A stretch of 64,000 nt of DNA from an uncultured Gemmatimonadales bacterium (GCA_963707505.1 CAVPQB010000006.1:352001-416000), one strand, 5' to 3'; positions 1 through 10,665 are shown, counted from the first letter of the stretch. Notes: generated from the sequence alone by a model not told the origin. Numbers and translations are program-made.

Positions 1-851
1 CCGCCGCCCGGTCCGTTGCTCGGCGCGTACACGAACCAGGGTGGCCGGCGTGTGTTCCACAGGCCTGCGTACACGACGTCGGGGTTGGTCTTGTCGATCA
101 CGACTTCGATCGCGCCGACATCTTCGTTCTTGTAGAGAACCTTTTCCCAGCTCTTGCCACCGTCTTTCGAGCGGAAGATTCCACGGTCGGGGTTGCCGGC
201 ATAGAAGTGACCGATCGCTGCTACATAAACGATGTCAGGATTGTGCGGATGAACGGCGATCTTGCCGATGTGCTGCGTGTTCTCGAGGCCGATGTGTGTC
301 CACGTCTTGCCGGCATCGGTCGACTTGTACATGCCGTTGCCGTATCCGGTCGAATCGCGCAATGTGCACTCGCCGCTTCCGACGTACACAACGTCAGGTG
401 CGGATGCTGCGACCGCGATCGCCCCGATCGAGGCAACCGGTTGGGAATCGAAAACCGGCAGCCAGACTCGGCCCGCGTCGATCGTCTTCCACACGCCGCC
501 ATTCACTGATCCGAAGTAGAACTCGTTGGGACGACCAGGCACACCAGTGACTGCATCGGTGCGACCACCACGGAATGGCCCAAGCATGCGCCAACGGAGA
601 CCGGAGTAAAGATCGGCGTAGCTCTTCGGCGCGGGATCGGTGGTGAGCGGTCGGTGCGCTAACGAACCCTGCGCACCCGCTGTCTGCAGGAAGTGACTGA
701 TGCCAGGAGACGCGACGGAGAGTGCCGCACCTACCTGCGTAGCTCTTACGAAGAAGCCACGGCGTGAAAGAACATGCTGGTCCGGCGGCTGCGCGCCGGC
801 ACCTGCGAGATCAGTATCTGATTGGTCGGACGTCGAGCGCTTTTTCTTCAC
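1..851 (-). CDS. VPS10/BNR-repeat (sortilin-like) glycosyl hydrolase-family protein, N-terminal part only (runs off the window), Tat signal
   Basis: Not in the ORF track (no stop in window). Manual translation from GTG 851 (GGAG upstream): ...LSRRGFF...LRWRMLGPFRGGRTDAVTGVPGRPNEFYFGSVNGGVWKTIDAG...KSTDAGKTW...RSKDGGKSW, with typical BNR/Asp-box repeats. Confidence 0.85.
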   Translation of the reverse strand, partial: MKKKRSTSDQSDTDLAGAGAQPPDQHVLSRRGFFVRATQVGAALSVASPGISHFLQTAGAQGSLAHRPLTTDPAPKSYADLYSGLRWRMLGPFRGGRTDAVTGVPGRPNEFYFGSVNGGVWKTIDAGRVWLPVFDSQPVASIGAIAVAASAPDVVYVGSGECTLRDSTGYGNGMYKSTDAGKTWTHIGLENTQHIGKIAVHPHNPDIVYVAAIGHFYAGNPDRGIFRSKDGGKSWEKVLYKNEDVGAIEVVIDKTNPDVVYAGLWNTRRPPWFVYAPSNGPGG

Positions 852-956
852 GATCCACTCCACAGGGTGGGCTAGGGTTCAACAGAACATACGAAAAAAG
901 TCTGTACTGCGTTCGAACCTTGGGGGAGTGGGAATGGAGCTCGAATTATTCGTAAG

Positions 957-1003
957 TCGTCATCCCGCCGAAGACCCGTCACCCCGCGAACGCGGGGATG
1001 ACG
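957..1003. repeat. Palindromic intergenic repeat, family A (CGTCAYCCCCGCGAANGCGGGGATGACG)
   Basis: CGTCACCCCGCGAACGCGGGGATGACG at 977-1003 plus a partial copy at 957-972; same motif as at 9.7, 10.5, 15.2 and 42.3 kb. Confidence 0.75.
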
Positions 1004-1011
1004 AGCTCGGC

Positions 1012-3342
1012 TCACCGTCCGCCAAGAGCCTGGAACAGGTAACTCAGCTTGACGAAGAATCCGTCCTGCGTGCGGCGCAGTCGCCGGAAAGCGAGCGCAT
1101 CGGGCTCGGTCATGGAGTTTCCGTAGCCGGCAAAGAACACGGTCCCGGGCGACGGCCGGTACGAGAACAGCCAGTCGGTGCGCAATCCGTTCGCGACGTT
1201 TTCGATCGACGGGATGTATGACGTGTCGTTGCGGATCAACAGAGGAAGTCCGGTGCGCGGATCCAGCAATGATGAGCGCAGGGTCGCGGTGTACTGCGTG
1301 ACGACGCGCACGAAGATCGATCGCGTAACCTGGTACTCCACCTTCACCCGCGGAATTCGCGTCGACGTCGAAAGCGCTCCATCACTGCGACGTGTGAACC
1401 TGCTGCTTACGTATGTCGCACCGATGCGCAGCTGCTGCGTCGGACGCAGATCGAGGCTCGCGTTGTAATCCAGTCGTCGAACGCGTGACGTCTCGAGAAA
1501 ATCGACGTCGTTGCCGGCGGTGACGCCGAGTGATGCATCGTATTTCGCGAACTGGGGTGTCGATATCTTGAACGCGTTTGTGAACGTGGTGATTCGTGGT
1601 GACGGCTGGAACGGGATGTTGCTTCCCTGTGTCGTGCTGACGAAATCACCGAGATATGCCGCAGGATCGAACGCATACGTCGCAATCGTCGGCGTCACGC
1701 CGAGCGACCAGCCGCCACGCAGCGTGAAGCTGGTGTTCGCGGATGCGTTGTCTTCGAGCAAGCTCTTGCCAGCAAAAAAGTCGTCGTAGCGCCAGACGGC
1801 CTTCGTCGACAAAAATACGTTGAATTTCTCGAGCAGCGCACCGGGCGGCCCGTACAGGCTCAGTCGATTGGAGATGCCTGGCGCGACGATTCCGGTGCGT
1901 GACACGAATCCGTTATCAGCTGCGAATGTCCTACCTATACCCAGAACGTTGTAGTGAAATCCGAATGCACGGCCGGTGCGATCGAGTACGAGCTCCCACA
2001 TCGGCGCCGTTTGGGTCGATCCGTTCTGTGTCGTATTGCTGACGGCGGCCTGCGCCTGCGCGTAGTACAAACGTCCGAACACGTAGTGAACGTCGCCATC
2101 GAGCACGCGATTGGATCTGCCGCCGCCGACGCGATCACTGTAAAGTATTCCGGCGGTGTTCTGCGCACCGAATCCGCTGTTGAGTCGTATGATGTCAACC
2201 AGCGGCTGATCACCAGTGGGTGTCGTGCTCGCCGCGTCCAGTGCCGAGAGCACTGCGACGTCGGTGCGGCCGAGCTTGCCGGTGAGCTTCATTGCAGCGT
2301 TGGGCTGCACGATGGTTCGTGTGTACACGAGCGTGTTGGGCACGTTGAACTGATCGCTGCCTTCGACGAAGAACGGACGCTTTTCGGGATAGAACAGTGC
2401 GAAACGCTGGTCTGCCGCGATCTGCGTTGCGTCTGCTTCGACCTGGGAAAAGTCGGGTTTCACCGTTCCATTGAGCACGAAGTTGCTGCCCATCGCCCAA
2501 CGAACGTTGCCACCCAGCTGGGGCTTGGAAGTGTACTTCCAGCCAGTGGGACCTGGACCGCAGCAGGGATCGCCCGTGACAGTATTGGTCAGCTCGGGGT
2601 TGAGTCCGACTACCTGTCCGTGATGCATGTCGTGCATCCCCACCAGCGTTCCTGCCTGATCGGCGAAGCTTGCCGCGCCGCTTCGCGCTTCAGTCCAGGT
2701 TTCCTTGTACCCGCTGTGCTGCACATTGCGCTGGATCTGAATCCCCCAGTTCTCGATCGACTTGCTGGGGTAGCGCAAGCTGCTGAATGGGATTCGGATC
2801 TCGACCTCATAACCCCAGGGCGTGACGTGCCCCTTGGATTCCCAGAGGAAGTCCGCGCTCAGGTCGATCTGTCCTGGCCCGATGTTGGAGCCAGGTATGA
2901 ATCCACCGGTTTCGTTCGTGGTGCCGTCGGCCTGCACGCCGAGCGGGTTGACGGCGAACACGAGCGAGCGATTGCGCTCATTATAGGTATCGAGGCGGAT
3001 CTCGATGTTGTCGTCCGAGCTGATGTTATCCCGGTCCGCCAGCGTCGCGCGCACCGGTCCGTGCGGCTCGTACGCGCTGATACCGAAATAGATCGCGGTC
3101 CGTGAGTACCAGACGCGCACGTCGGTAGAATCGGGTGATGGGCGCTGATCGGCTGGAGAATATTCGGAGAAGCCAGTGAGCACGGCTGCGCGGCTCCAGA
3201 CGGGCTCATCGAGATTGCCATCGACAGTTATAGTTGTATCAATGCGCGGAACCTGCGCGGTAATCTGGCCGGCGCGCCCGTTGTACACGGGGGCTGGCTG
3301 GGCCGCGGCGAGCTGAAACGCGCCTAGAAATGCCAGTATCAT
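1012..3342 (-). CDS. DUF5916 / carbohydrate-binding family 9-like exported protein, probable outer-membrane barrel C-terminus
   Basis: Signal peptide MILAFLGAFQLAAA; IDG.LDE.VW motif; PDFSQVEAD and LFYPEKRPFFVEG motifs; C-terminal FVKLSYLF. Start moved from ORF-track 3675 to ATG 3342. Confidence 0.8.
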   Translation of the reverse strand: MILAFLGAFQLAAAQPAPVYNGRAGQITAQVPRIDTTITVDGNLDEPVWSRAAVLTGFSEYSPADQRPSPDSTDVRVWYSRTAIYFGISAYEPHGPVRATLADRDNISSDDNIEIRLDTYNERNRSLVFAVNPLGVQADGTTNETGGFIPGSNIGPGQIDLSADFLWESKGHVTPWGYEVEIRIPFSSLRYPSKSIENWGIQIQRNVQHSGYKETWTEARSGAASFADQAGTLVGMHDMHHGQVVGLNPELTNTVTGDPCCGPGPTGWKYTSKPQLGGNVRWAMGSNFVLNGTVKPDFSQVEADATQIAADQRFALFYPEKRPFFVEGSDQFNVPNTLVYTRTIVQPNAAMKLTGKLGRTDVAVLSALDAASTTPTGDQPLVDIIRLNSGFGAQNTAGILYSDRVGGGRSNRVLDGDVHYVFGRLYYAQAQAAVSNTTQNGSTQTAPMWELVLDRTGRAFGFHYNVLGIGRTFAADNGFVSRTGIVAPGISNRLSLYGPPGALLEKFNVFLSTKAVWRYDDFFAGKSLLEDNASANTSFTLRGGWSLGVTPTIATYAFDPAAYLGDFVSTTQGSNIPFQPSPRITTFTNAFKISTPQFAKYDASLGVTAGNDVDFLETSRVRRLDYNASLDLRPTQQLRIGATYVSSRFTRRSDGALSTSTRIPRVKVEYQVTRSIFVRVVTQYTATLRSSLLDPRTGLPLLIRNDTSYIPSIENVANGLRTDWLFSYRPSPGTVFFAGYGNSMTEPDALAFRRLRRTQDGFFVKLSYLFQALGGR

Positions 3343-3403
3343 GGTGCAGTAAATGTAGCGTGACACGTGGCGGCGCCCATGCAGTGTCGCACTACATTTC
3401 ATT

Positions 3404-4738
3404 ATGCGTACATCCCGATTTCGCTGTCGGCTGGCCGCGCTGCCGGTGGCTGGCGCGCTGTTTCTTACATCCTTGCCTGCCCGCGCCCAGAAGCCCGCTA
3501 CCGCTCTTACAAAGCAGGAGCGTGCAGTCGCCAGGGCCGTTGATTCACACAACGCCGCCGCACTCGCCCTGCTCGAGCGCACTGTCAACATCAACAGCGG
3601 CTCGCTCAATTTCGCCGGCGTACGCCAGGTTGGCGACATCTTCCGCGCGCAGTACGACTCACTCGGATTCACCACACGCTGGGTCGATGGCGCGGCGTTT
3701 CATCGCGCGGGGCATCTCGTTGCGGAGCATCCCGGACCGGGCCCCAAGATCCTGCTGATAGGCCATCTAGATACCGTGTTCGAGCCGAGCAGCCCATTTC
3801 AGAAGTTCACCATGGTGAACGATTCGACGGCGACAGGGCCGGGCGTCATCGATATGAAGGGTGGCGACGTCATCGCGCTATATGCACTGCGCGCGCTCAA
3901 GGACGCCGGTCTGCTTGACAAGATGAACGTGACAGTCGTGTATCACGGTGACGAGGAAGAGTCGGGCGCACCGTTGAGTCTCGCGCGCAAGACACTGATC
4001 GATGCTGCCCATGGTGCAAGCGCGGCACTCGGTTTCGAGGATGCCGCCGGCGATCCGCATACGGCTGTCATATCGCGTCGTGGAGATGACGGATGGACGC
4101 TGCGCACCACCGGAGTCCCGGCGCATTCGTCGCAGATATTCACAAACGAGGTGGGCGCGGGCGCGGTGTACGAGGCGTCGCGTATCCTGGATCAGTTCTA
4201 TCAGAAACTTTCAAAAGAGCAGTATCTCACCTTCAATCCCGGTCTCGCGCTCGGCGGCACTTCGGTAAAAGCCGATACCAGCGGCACTGAAGGGAGCGCA
4301 GCTGGCAAGAGCAATGTCGTCGCGAAGGAGATGATGGTCACCGGAGATCTGCGCACGCTGTCTCCGGAGCAGCTTGCGCACGCGCGCAAGACGATGACCG
4401 ACATTGTCGCTGATCATCTTCCGCACACGACTGCCGAGATAACGTTCGCGGACGGTTATCCGCCGATGGCACCGACCGACGGCAATCGCAAGCTGCTCGC
4501 GATGTACAGCAAGGTGAGCACGGACCTCGGCTTCTGGCCCGTCACGGCCGTTGATCCGTCACGTGCCGGCGCGGCAGACGTGTCGTTCGTCGCGAACCTC
4601 GTACCAATGGCCATCGATGGGCTTGGCCTGTCGGGACGTGACGATCACACCGAGAAGGAAACGGCTGATCTACGCATGTTGCCCGTGCAGACCAAGCGCG
4701 CGGCGGTGTTGATGTACAGGCTCAGCAACCCGAGATGA
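3404..4738 (+). CDS. M20/M25/M40 family exported metallopeptidase (glutamate carboxypeptidase G2-like)
   Basis: GHLDTVF, GPGVIDMKGG, GDEEE, FE, AHSS and terminal H metal ligand; signal peptide. Confidence 0.9.
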   Translation: MRTSRFRCRLAALPVAGALFLTSLPARAQKPATALTKQERAVARAVDSHNAAALALLERTVNINSGSLNFAGVRQVGDIFRAQYDSLGFTTRWVDGAAFHRAGHLVAEHPGPGPKILLIGHLDTVFEPSSPFQKFTMVNDSTATGPGVIDMKGGDVIALYALRALKDAGLLDKMNVTVVYHGDEEESGAPLSLARKTLIDAAHGASAALGFEDAAGDPHTAVISRRGDDGWTLRTTGVPAHSSQIFTNEVGAGAVYEASRILDQFYQKLSKEQYLTFNPGLALGGTSVKADTSGTEGSAAGKSNVVAKEMMVTGDLRTLSPEQLAHARKTMTDIVADHLPHTTAEITFADGYPPMAPTDGNRKLLAMYSKVSTDLGFWPVTAVDPSRAGAADVSFVANLVPMAIDGLGLSGRDDHTEKETADLRMLPVQTKRAAVLMYRLSNPR

Positions 4739-4768
4739 TGCAGTAACACAACACTCTCACGCAATACA

Positions 4769-7564
4769 ATGAACCGTAAGCCACTGGCAGCATCGACAGT
4801 CGTCGCTGTACTCGCATCTGTGATGTTCATCAGCACCCCGCTCGGGGCGCAGGTCGTTCCAAAGCCAGTGACAAAGGCGCGTGGAGATACAGTACTCAGG
4901 CAACCGTCACCGACAGGAAATGACACGAGTCACGCGCGACAGGACACAACTGCCGGAAACGTTCCTGTCGGTGATTCGCTCACGCGCTTCATCGACAAGT
5001 TTTCATTTCGGAATCTAGGGCCGGCGGCGTACAGCGGACGCGTAACGGCGATAGCGGTGCCGAAGCCATATCGCAAGACGATCTATATCGGCTCAGCCGG
5101 CGGGGGTGTGTGGAAGACATCGAACGCCGGTATAACGTGGCGTTCGATCTCCGACTCGCTCGGTAATGAGTCGATTGGCGATATCGCCATCGCGCCGTCC
5201 GACAGCAACATCATCTGGGTTGGTACGGGCGAGAAGAATTCATCGCGCTCGACGCTATGGGGCAACGGCGTACACAAGTCCACGAACGGCGGCCGTAAAT
5301 GGCAACACATGGGTCTCGCCGACACACGATCGATCGCGAAGATCATCATCAATCCGACTGACCCGAATACGGTGTACGTCGCCGCACTCGGACACCTGTG
5401 GGGACCGAACGCAGAGCGAGGCGTCTTCAAGACGACGAACGGCGGTACATCGTGGAGCAAGGTCCTGTTCGTTGATGACACCACCGGCGCAGTCGATCTC
5501 GCAATGGATCCTTCCAATCCCGAGGTGCTCTACGCAGCGATGTGGCACCGGTTACGCGAAGGCGGGTCGCACATGCAGGGAACCGGCGCCGGAAGCGGAA
5601 TCTACAAGACGGTGGATGGCGGACGCACATGGACGAAGCTCACTGGTCCCTCTCTCGCGAACGGATTGCCGACCGGCGACATCGGCCGCGCAAGCATTTC
5701 GATATCCGCGAAGCACCCGTCGACCGTATACGCGATGATCGCCGTGGATCGGGGCGTCACCAACACGTCTGCCGCGCCATTCGGTGGAGTTTTTCGATCC
5801 GACGACGCCGGCGCACACTGGACGCATGTCAACGACCTGGCCGCGAATCCACATTACTACTACGACGAGATAGTCACCGATCCGACCAACGACAGCCACG
5901 TGTACATGCTCGCGTCGCCACTCATGGTTTCCAAGGACGGCGGCCATTCATTCGAAAACGATTCGCTGTACAACGTTCACGTCGACAACCACGCGCTCTG
6001 GATAGATCCGGCCGACAGCGCCCACATGATACTCGGCAACGACGGTGGCGTGTACACCACGTTCGACGGCGGGAAGGCGTGGGGGCACGCCGCGATTCCC
6101 ATTGGCCAGTTCTACACCGTCGCTATCGATAGCGCTTCCAAACCGTATCGCATCTGCGGGGGCCTGCAGGATAACGGTGTATGGTGCGGACCGAGCAGCA
6201 CGCGCGACACGACCGGGATTACCGACGCCGACTGGTACAGTGTGAATGGCGGCGATGGAATGTGGGTACAGATCTCACGCACCAATCCCAACATCATCTA
6301 TTCGGAATCGCAATTCGGAAGCATGTCGCGCCTCGACATACGGACGTGGAAGCGCGATCACATCCAGCCGATAGCGCTCGATGCGGGCGGCGACTCCGGC
6401 TACAACTACACCTGGGGCTGGACGACGCCACTCGCGCTGTCGCAGCACGACACCGCGACGCTTTACGCCGGTGGAAACCATCTCTTCCGCATTCACGATC
6501 ACGGCGACAAGGGTATCGATTGGGAGGTGGTCGGTCCCGACATGACACGGGCCACGCGCGAACATCCCGAGGGTGAAGGACCGAATACATCCTACCACGC
6601 GTTGTTCTCCATCGCCGAGAGCCCGCGCACGCGTGACGTGATATGGACAGGCAGCGATGACGGACTCGTCTGGCTGACACGCGATTACGGCAAGACATGG
6701 ACTAACGTCACCGCCAATTTTCCCGCGCACGCGCCGACACACTGTTTCGTATCGACGATCGCCGCGAGCCATTTCGCGGAAGGCACTGCATACATGACGT
6801 ACGACTGCCACAGTCGCGACGATTACGCGCCGCATGTATACAGGACCACCAACTTCGGGAAAAGCTGGAGCTCCATCTCGTCCGGGCTGCCTGCCGACGC
6901 TGGCGGGCTCACCGTGTTCGAGGATCCGTACAACGCGCAACTGTTGTGGGTCGGAACCGAGATCGGTGTTTACGTATCCATCGACGGCGGAGTGAAGTGG
7001 CGGCGATTCGGTCACGGCCTGCCGCCGGTCGCAGTGGACAAGCTCGCGATGTCGTACGATCAGCGCGAGCTCGTGGTCGGAACGCACGGCCGAGGGGTCT
7101 GGGTAGTGAATGTCGGCCCGCTCGAGGAGATGACCGACACACTGCTGCGTGAACGCGCGCATCTGTTTCACGTTTCACCAGCCCTTCAGTTCCGGTACAC
7201 CGATACATATCCGTCGTTCGGGAGCCGACCGTTCGTGGCGCACAATCCGCCGCAAGGCGCGGCCATATCCTACTATTTACGCGATGCCCTCACAGGTCCG
7301 GTCGACCTGTACATTCTTACGGCGAAGGGTGACACGGTCCGCAAGTTGAGCGGACCGGGCTACGCTGGTCTCAACGAGGTCACCTGGAATCTCACGAGCA
7401 ACAAGGCGCGCCCACGCGCGCTTGGAGATCCGACATCACCGGCGGATCTCAAGCGCGTCGAGCCTGGCAATTACGTCGTCACGATGAAAGTCGCCGGTAG
7501 GACCTTCACGCAGGCAGTTCGCGTCGAGGAACGACCGGAAGATCTGGTGCGGTCACCGCGGTAA
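4769..7564 (+). CDS. VPS10/BNR-repeat glycosyl hydrolase-family exported protein
   Basis: FRNLGPAAYSGRVTAI, repeated KS/TxxGGxxW Asp-boxes, GGLQDNG, GGDG, GTHGRG; signal peptide. Confidence 0.9.
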   Translation: MNRKPLAASTVVAVLASVMFISTPLGAQVVPKPVTKARGDTVLRQPSPTGNDTSHARQDTTAGNVPVGDSLTRFIDKFSFRNLGPAAYSGRVTAIAVPKPYRKTIYIGSAGGGVWKTSNAGITWRSISDSLGNESIGDIAIAPSDSNIIWVGTGEKNSSRSTLWGNGVHKSTNGGRKWQHMGLADTRSIAKIIINPTDPNTVYVAALGHLWGPNAERGVFKTTNGGTSWSKVLFVDDTTGAVDLAMDPSNPEVLYAAMWHRLREGGSHMQGTGAGSGIYKTVDGGRTWTKLTGPSLANGLPTGDIGRASISISAKHPSTVYAMIAVDRGVTNTSAAPFGGVFRSDDAGAHWTHVNDLAANPHYYYDEIVTDPTNDSHVYMLASPLMVSKDGGHSFENDSLYNVHVDNHALWIDPADSAHMILGNDGGVYTTFDGGKAWGHAAIPIGQFYTVAIDSASKPYRICGGLQDNGVWCGPSSTRDTTGITDADWYSVNGGDGMWVQISRTNPNIIYSESQFGSMSRLDIRTWKRDHIQPIALDAGGDSGYNYTWGWTTPLALSQHDTATLYAGGNHLFRIHDHGDKGIDWEVVGPDMTRATREHPEGEGPNTSYHALFSIAESPRTRDVIWTGSDDGLVWLTRDYGKTWTNVTANFPAHAPTHCFVSTIAASHFAEGTAYMTYDCHSRDDYAPHVYRTTNFGKSWSSISSGLPADAGGLTVFEDPYNAQLLWVGTEIGVYVSIDGGVKWRRFGHGLPPVAVDKLAMSYDQRELVVGTHGRGVWVVNVGPLEEMTDTLLRERAHLFHVSPALQFRYTDTYPSFGSRPFVAHNPPQGAAISYYLRDALTGPVDLYILTAKGDTVRKLSGPGYAGLNEVTWNLTSNKARPRALGDPTSPADLKRVEPGNYVVTMKVAGRTFTQAVRVEERPEDLVRSPR

Positions 7565-9600
7565 CGTGTGGCTCCGCGGCCACACGTTGTCGCTCGGGTC
7601 CCGGTCGGGAAATCTGCGGCCGGGATCCAGTGTTATCGAATCGATCTTGCGTCCGCCGAAGTCGAGCACTGCGTTGTACGTTCGGCTGCCATTGAACCAG
7701 ACGTCCACCGGCCACGTGACGATCGCGGTGTTCGCATCTGTCATTCGCGCGTTCTTCATGGCGCGGATCGCCGGTCCAGTCGTTGCGAACTTCACTTCGA
7801 GAACTACTGGCGACGGCATCGCACCGTCCTGGCGAACGTACGACCGTCGTTCGCGCACCGGCTGTCTTCACGCTGGAAATCGACCCATCGACCGATTCAG
7901 TCGTGAACAACCAGTAGTACCAGAACCAGCTCAGATCCCTGTGCAGCGAGTTGTTCATGAACAGCGCGTAGTCCCACGGCGATGGGATGCTTGAAGCGCC
8001 ACGCCTTTGCGTAGTCGCTCATCGCATGCCAGACCGCGCTGTCGCCGACGATGCCGCCGAGCATCGATAGCATGAGCGGCGCCTTGCCGTAGGCCTGGAA
8101 GGAGTACATGGGGCCGCCGTAGTTCGCGTCCCACATGAGCGGCGCCTCACGCTCGTTGCCACTGGTACGACCGTACGATTGTCCCAGACTGTCCACGTTG
8201 TGGCGTCTGGCCGAGACGGTCGAAGCGCGAGAGGATGTTCATGTACTGATTGAATCCTTCGTCCATGAAACCGTACCACGTCTCGTTGGTGCCGACCATC
8301 ATCGGCCACCACTGGTGGCCGGTTTCGTGATCGGACGCACCAGCGCTCGACATGATGAACATCGGATATTCCATTCCGCCTTCGGGACCGTCCACCATCG
8401 TGAGCAGCGGATAGGTGTACGGCATCCACAGCTTGGAATAGAACTCGAGCGCGTGACGCGCGGTTGGACCCGCAGTTAGCATACTTGCTGGTGTTACCGG
8501 GCTCGTAGAAGATGTTGACCGGAATCGACGCCCTTCCCCGGGATCGTCGCGCGCGTCGCATCCCACACGAAACGGTTCGACGTTCGCCCACGCGAACGTC
8601 GCCGACGCGTGTCGGCAACGAAGTGCCAGACGAGTCTATCGCCGGCGGCAGTCGATTTGCCGGGCCCGCGCTCGTCGGCGCTCGACGATGGTGATCGTCG
8701 AATCGGATTCGCAGAGCGTGCGACAGTTGTTCGCGTGCGCTTCGCGGTCAGCACCTGCTCCGGATTCTGCAGCACACCGGTCGATCCGACGAGCCAGCCA
8801 GCCGGCATGTCGAGCTTCACATCGAAGTGGCCGTAGTTGTTGTAGAACTCGGACGGCCCGAGATACGGATCCGTGTCCCAGCCACGCAGGTCGTCGAACA
8901 CTGCTACGCGCGGATACCACTGACCGACCTGATACAGCGAGTCGCCCCACGCACCCATGCGCAGTCCGCGAACTCCCAACGACTGTGGAACGCGAAAGTG
9001 CCACTCGGCTTCGATCGTACTCGTTCCCTTCGCGGGGATCGGCGCGGGAAGCTTGATCGTTGCAACGGTCTGAGTGATACCAGTTGCTTCAGGGTGCGTG
9101 ATCGGTGGTGCCTGCCTGCCGCGAGGGCTTCGTCCTGCTGAGTTGCTTCTGTCGCTGAGATCGACGTTCGCGCCATCGACAGTCAGCTTCGTCACGACCA
9201 TCCCATCCGTGATTTCCGGAACCGTTTCGGCGCGCGGCACGTTGGCGCGATAGATGTTCTGATCCAGCCGCAGCACGATCTCGTGCATCGCCGAATCGCT
9301 GTTGTTGTGGATCACGACACGCTCGCTACCGCTCACTGTCGATGTCGGGGCGTCGAAGCGCGCGTTGATGGTGTAGTCGTTCCACAGCTGCCAGTAATTG
9401 CGCCCGGGGCGTCCTGTCGAATCGCGCGTCCCCGCTTCCCATGCTCGGCGGATCATGTTGGTGAGCGGGATGTCTCTCCGTATCGCGCGCGGCGCGTTTG
9501 TCGGCGTGTACGGAAGAACGGGCGCGGACTGTTGCGCGGAAATCGGCAAAGCGACTGCGCTGGAGAGTAGCGCGAGCGCGGCGATGGATCGAACGGACAT
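7553..9600 (-). pseudogene. M1 family aminopeptidase split over at least five frame segments (assembly indels or pseudogene)
   Basis: Signal peptide MSVRSIAALALL from ATG 9600; PGRNYWQ, QWYPRVAVFDD; GGMEYP and HETGHQWW...DEG (HEXXH+E) in the 8147-8566 frame; YGKAPLML and WRFKHP in the 7897-8196 frame; DLSWFW in the 7506-7958 frame; C-terminus in the 7553-7858 frame. Confidence 0.85.
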
Positions 9601-9714
9601 CCAGGCTCCTTGGCGGGACATGACTGAAATACCACGTTTGGCGCCGCTATGCGAGCGGCGCGATGGAACTGTCGATGTCTGATATACGCATAAGAGCGGC
9701 GGAATGTCGTCATC

Positions 9715-9940
9715 CTCGCCGCGTGTCGTCATCCCCGCGAAGGCGGGGATCCATGGCCGAGGCTGGAGGCATAGCATCCAGGTTCGCAGGTGTCGCCGTA
9801 GACGGATGAAAGACCAGACTACGGTCGTTCCAGCCTATCCATTACACCTGCAAACGTGGGGAACGTCATCTGATCGCCGTCCATGGGCCCCCGCTTTTGC
9901 GGGGGTGACGTTCGTTCGCGGGACGACGACGCGCGGCGAG
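9715..9940. repeat. Paired inverted family-A palindromes enclosing a ~125-bp spacer (REPIN/NIME-like unit)
   Basis: CGTCATCCCCGCGAAGGCGGGGATCCATGG (9727-9756) is inverted relative to CCATGGGCCCCCGCTTTTGCGGGGGTGACG (9881-9910). Outer IR: CTCGCCGCGTGTCGTC (9715) versus GACGACGCGCGGCGAG (ends 9940). Confidence 0.8.
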
Positions 9941-9970
9941 ACCACGTCCCTCGCCAGAGCCACGCAGACT

Positions 9971-10519
9971 CTACCGCTCCGCGTACGGCCGCGTTGTCCC
10001 GTCTCGCATCATCGCGAGCACTGTATAGTGCTCCGGGGTTCCGCCTTCCATGCCGGGGGTGCCGGTCACCATGCCCGGGACTGTCAGTCCGACAACATCA
10101 GCCGGCTTATCGGTGAGAAGCTTCTGCACCAGATCGGCTGGTACGTGTCCTTCGATCACGTACTTGCCGACTTCCGCGGTGTGGCATGACGCGGTGGCGT
10201 CGTTGATTCCGTGCGCGGTCTTGATCGAGTCGAGCACTCGTGCCGGCTCGTCGATTGCTGTCACCTGGAATCCATTGTCGCGCATGTGCTGCACCCACGC
10301 CTTGCAGCATCCGCATTGGGCGTCCTTGTAAACGACGACCGGTGTGCCTGGTGTACCGGGCGCGAGCGTCGCTGCTGCGTGCGTGGCGAGTCCCTGCGTC
10401 GAGGCTTGTTGGCTCGCGGGCGGGGTGTCGGCTTTGCTGGAGGAACAGCCGAGTGCGGCGATGATTCCAGCGACGGCAATCGTGGCGTGGAACCGTGATG
10501 TGTTCGGGACGTTCAACAT
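9971..10519 (-). CDS. DUF411 domain metal-binding (lipo)protein
   Basis: VYKDAQCGCCKAWVQHM, SCHTA, YVIEGHVPA, GLTVPGMVTGTPGME; lipobox-like ALGC. Confidence 0.9.
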   Translation of the reverse strand: MLNVPNTSRFHATIAVAGIIAALGCSSSKADTPPASQQASTQGLATHAAATLAPGTPGTPVVVYKDAQCGCCKAWVQHMRDNGFQVTAIDEPARVLDSIKTAHGINDATASCHTAEVGKYVIEGHVPADLVQKLLTDKPADVVGLTVPGMVTGTPGMEGGTPEHYTVLAMMRDGTTRPYAER

Positions 10520-10543
10520 CGTAACACTCTCCAATTCTGTCCG

Positions 10544-10649
10544 TCGTCATCCCCGCGAAAGCGGGGATCCATGTTATCGATCTCTGGATGCGATGAGTGC
10601 AGGAAACTGGTCGGCAACAGGTGGATTCCCGCTTTCGCGGGAATGACGA
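10544..10649. repeat. Paired inverted family-A palindromes with ~50-bp spacer
   Basis: TCGTCATCCCCGCGAAAGCGGGGATCCA (10544-10571) and TGGATTCCCGCTTTCGCGGGAATGACGA (10622-10649). Confidence 0.85.
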
Positions 10650-10665
10650 GTCTGTAACGACGCCT

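Noticed and set aside
1954..3105. Long antisense ORFs (also 6275-7171, 20259-21491, 26857-28206, 29749-30648, 56072-57277)
   Set aside because: Shadow ORFs opposite well-supported genes; expected in high-GC DNA, and they have no recognisable motifs.
9704..10189. ORFs containing VIPAKAGIH-like peptides (also 15180-15392, 42245-42631)
   Set aside because: These are translations of the family-A palindromic repeat, not genes.
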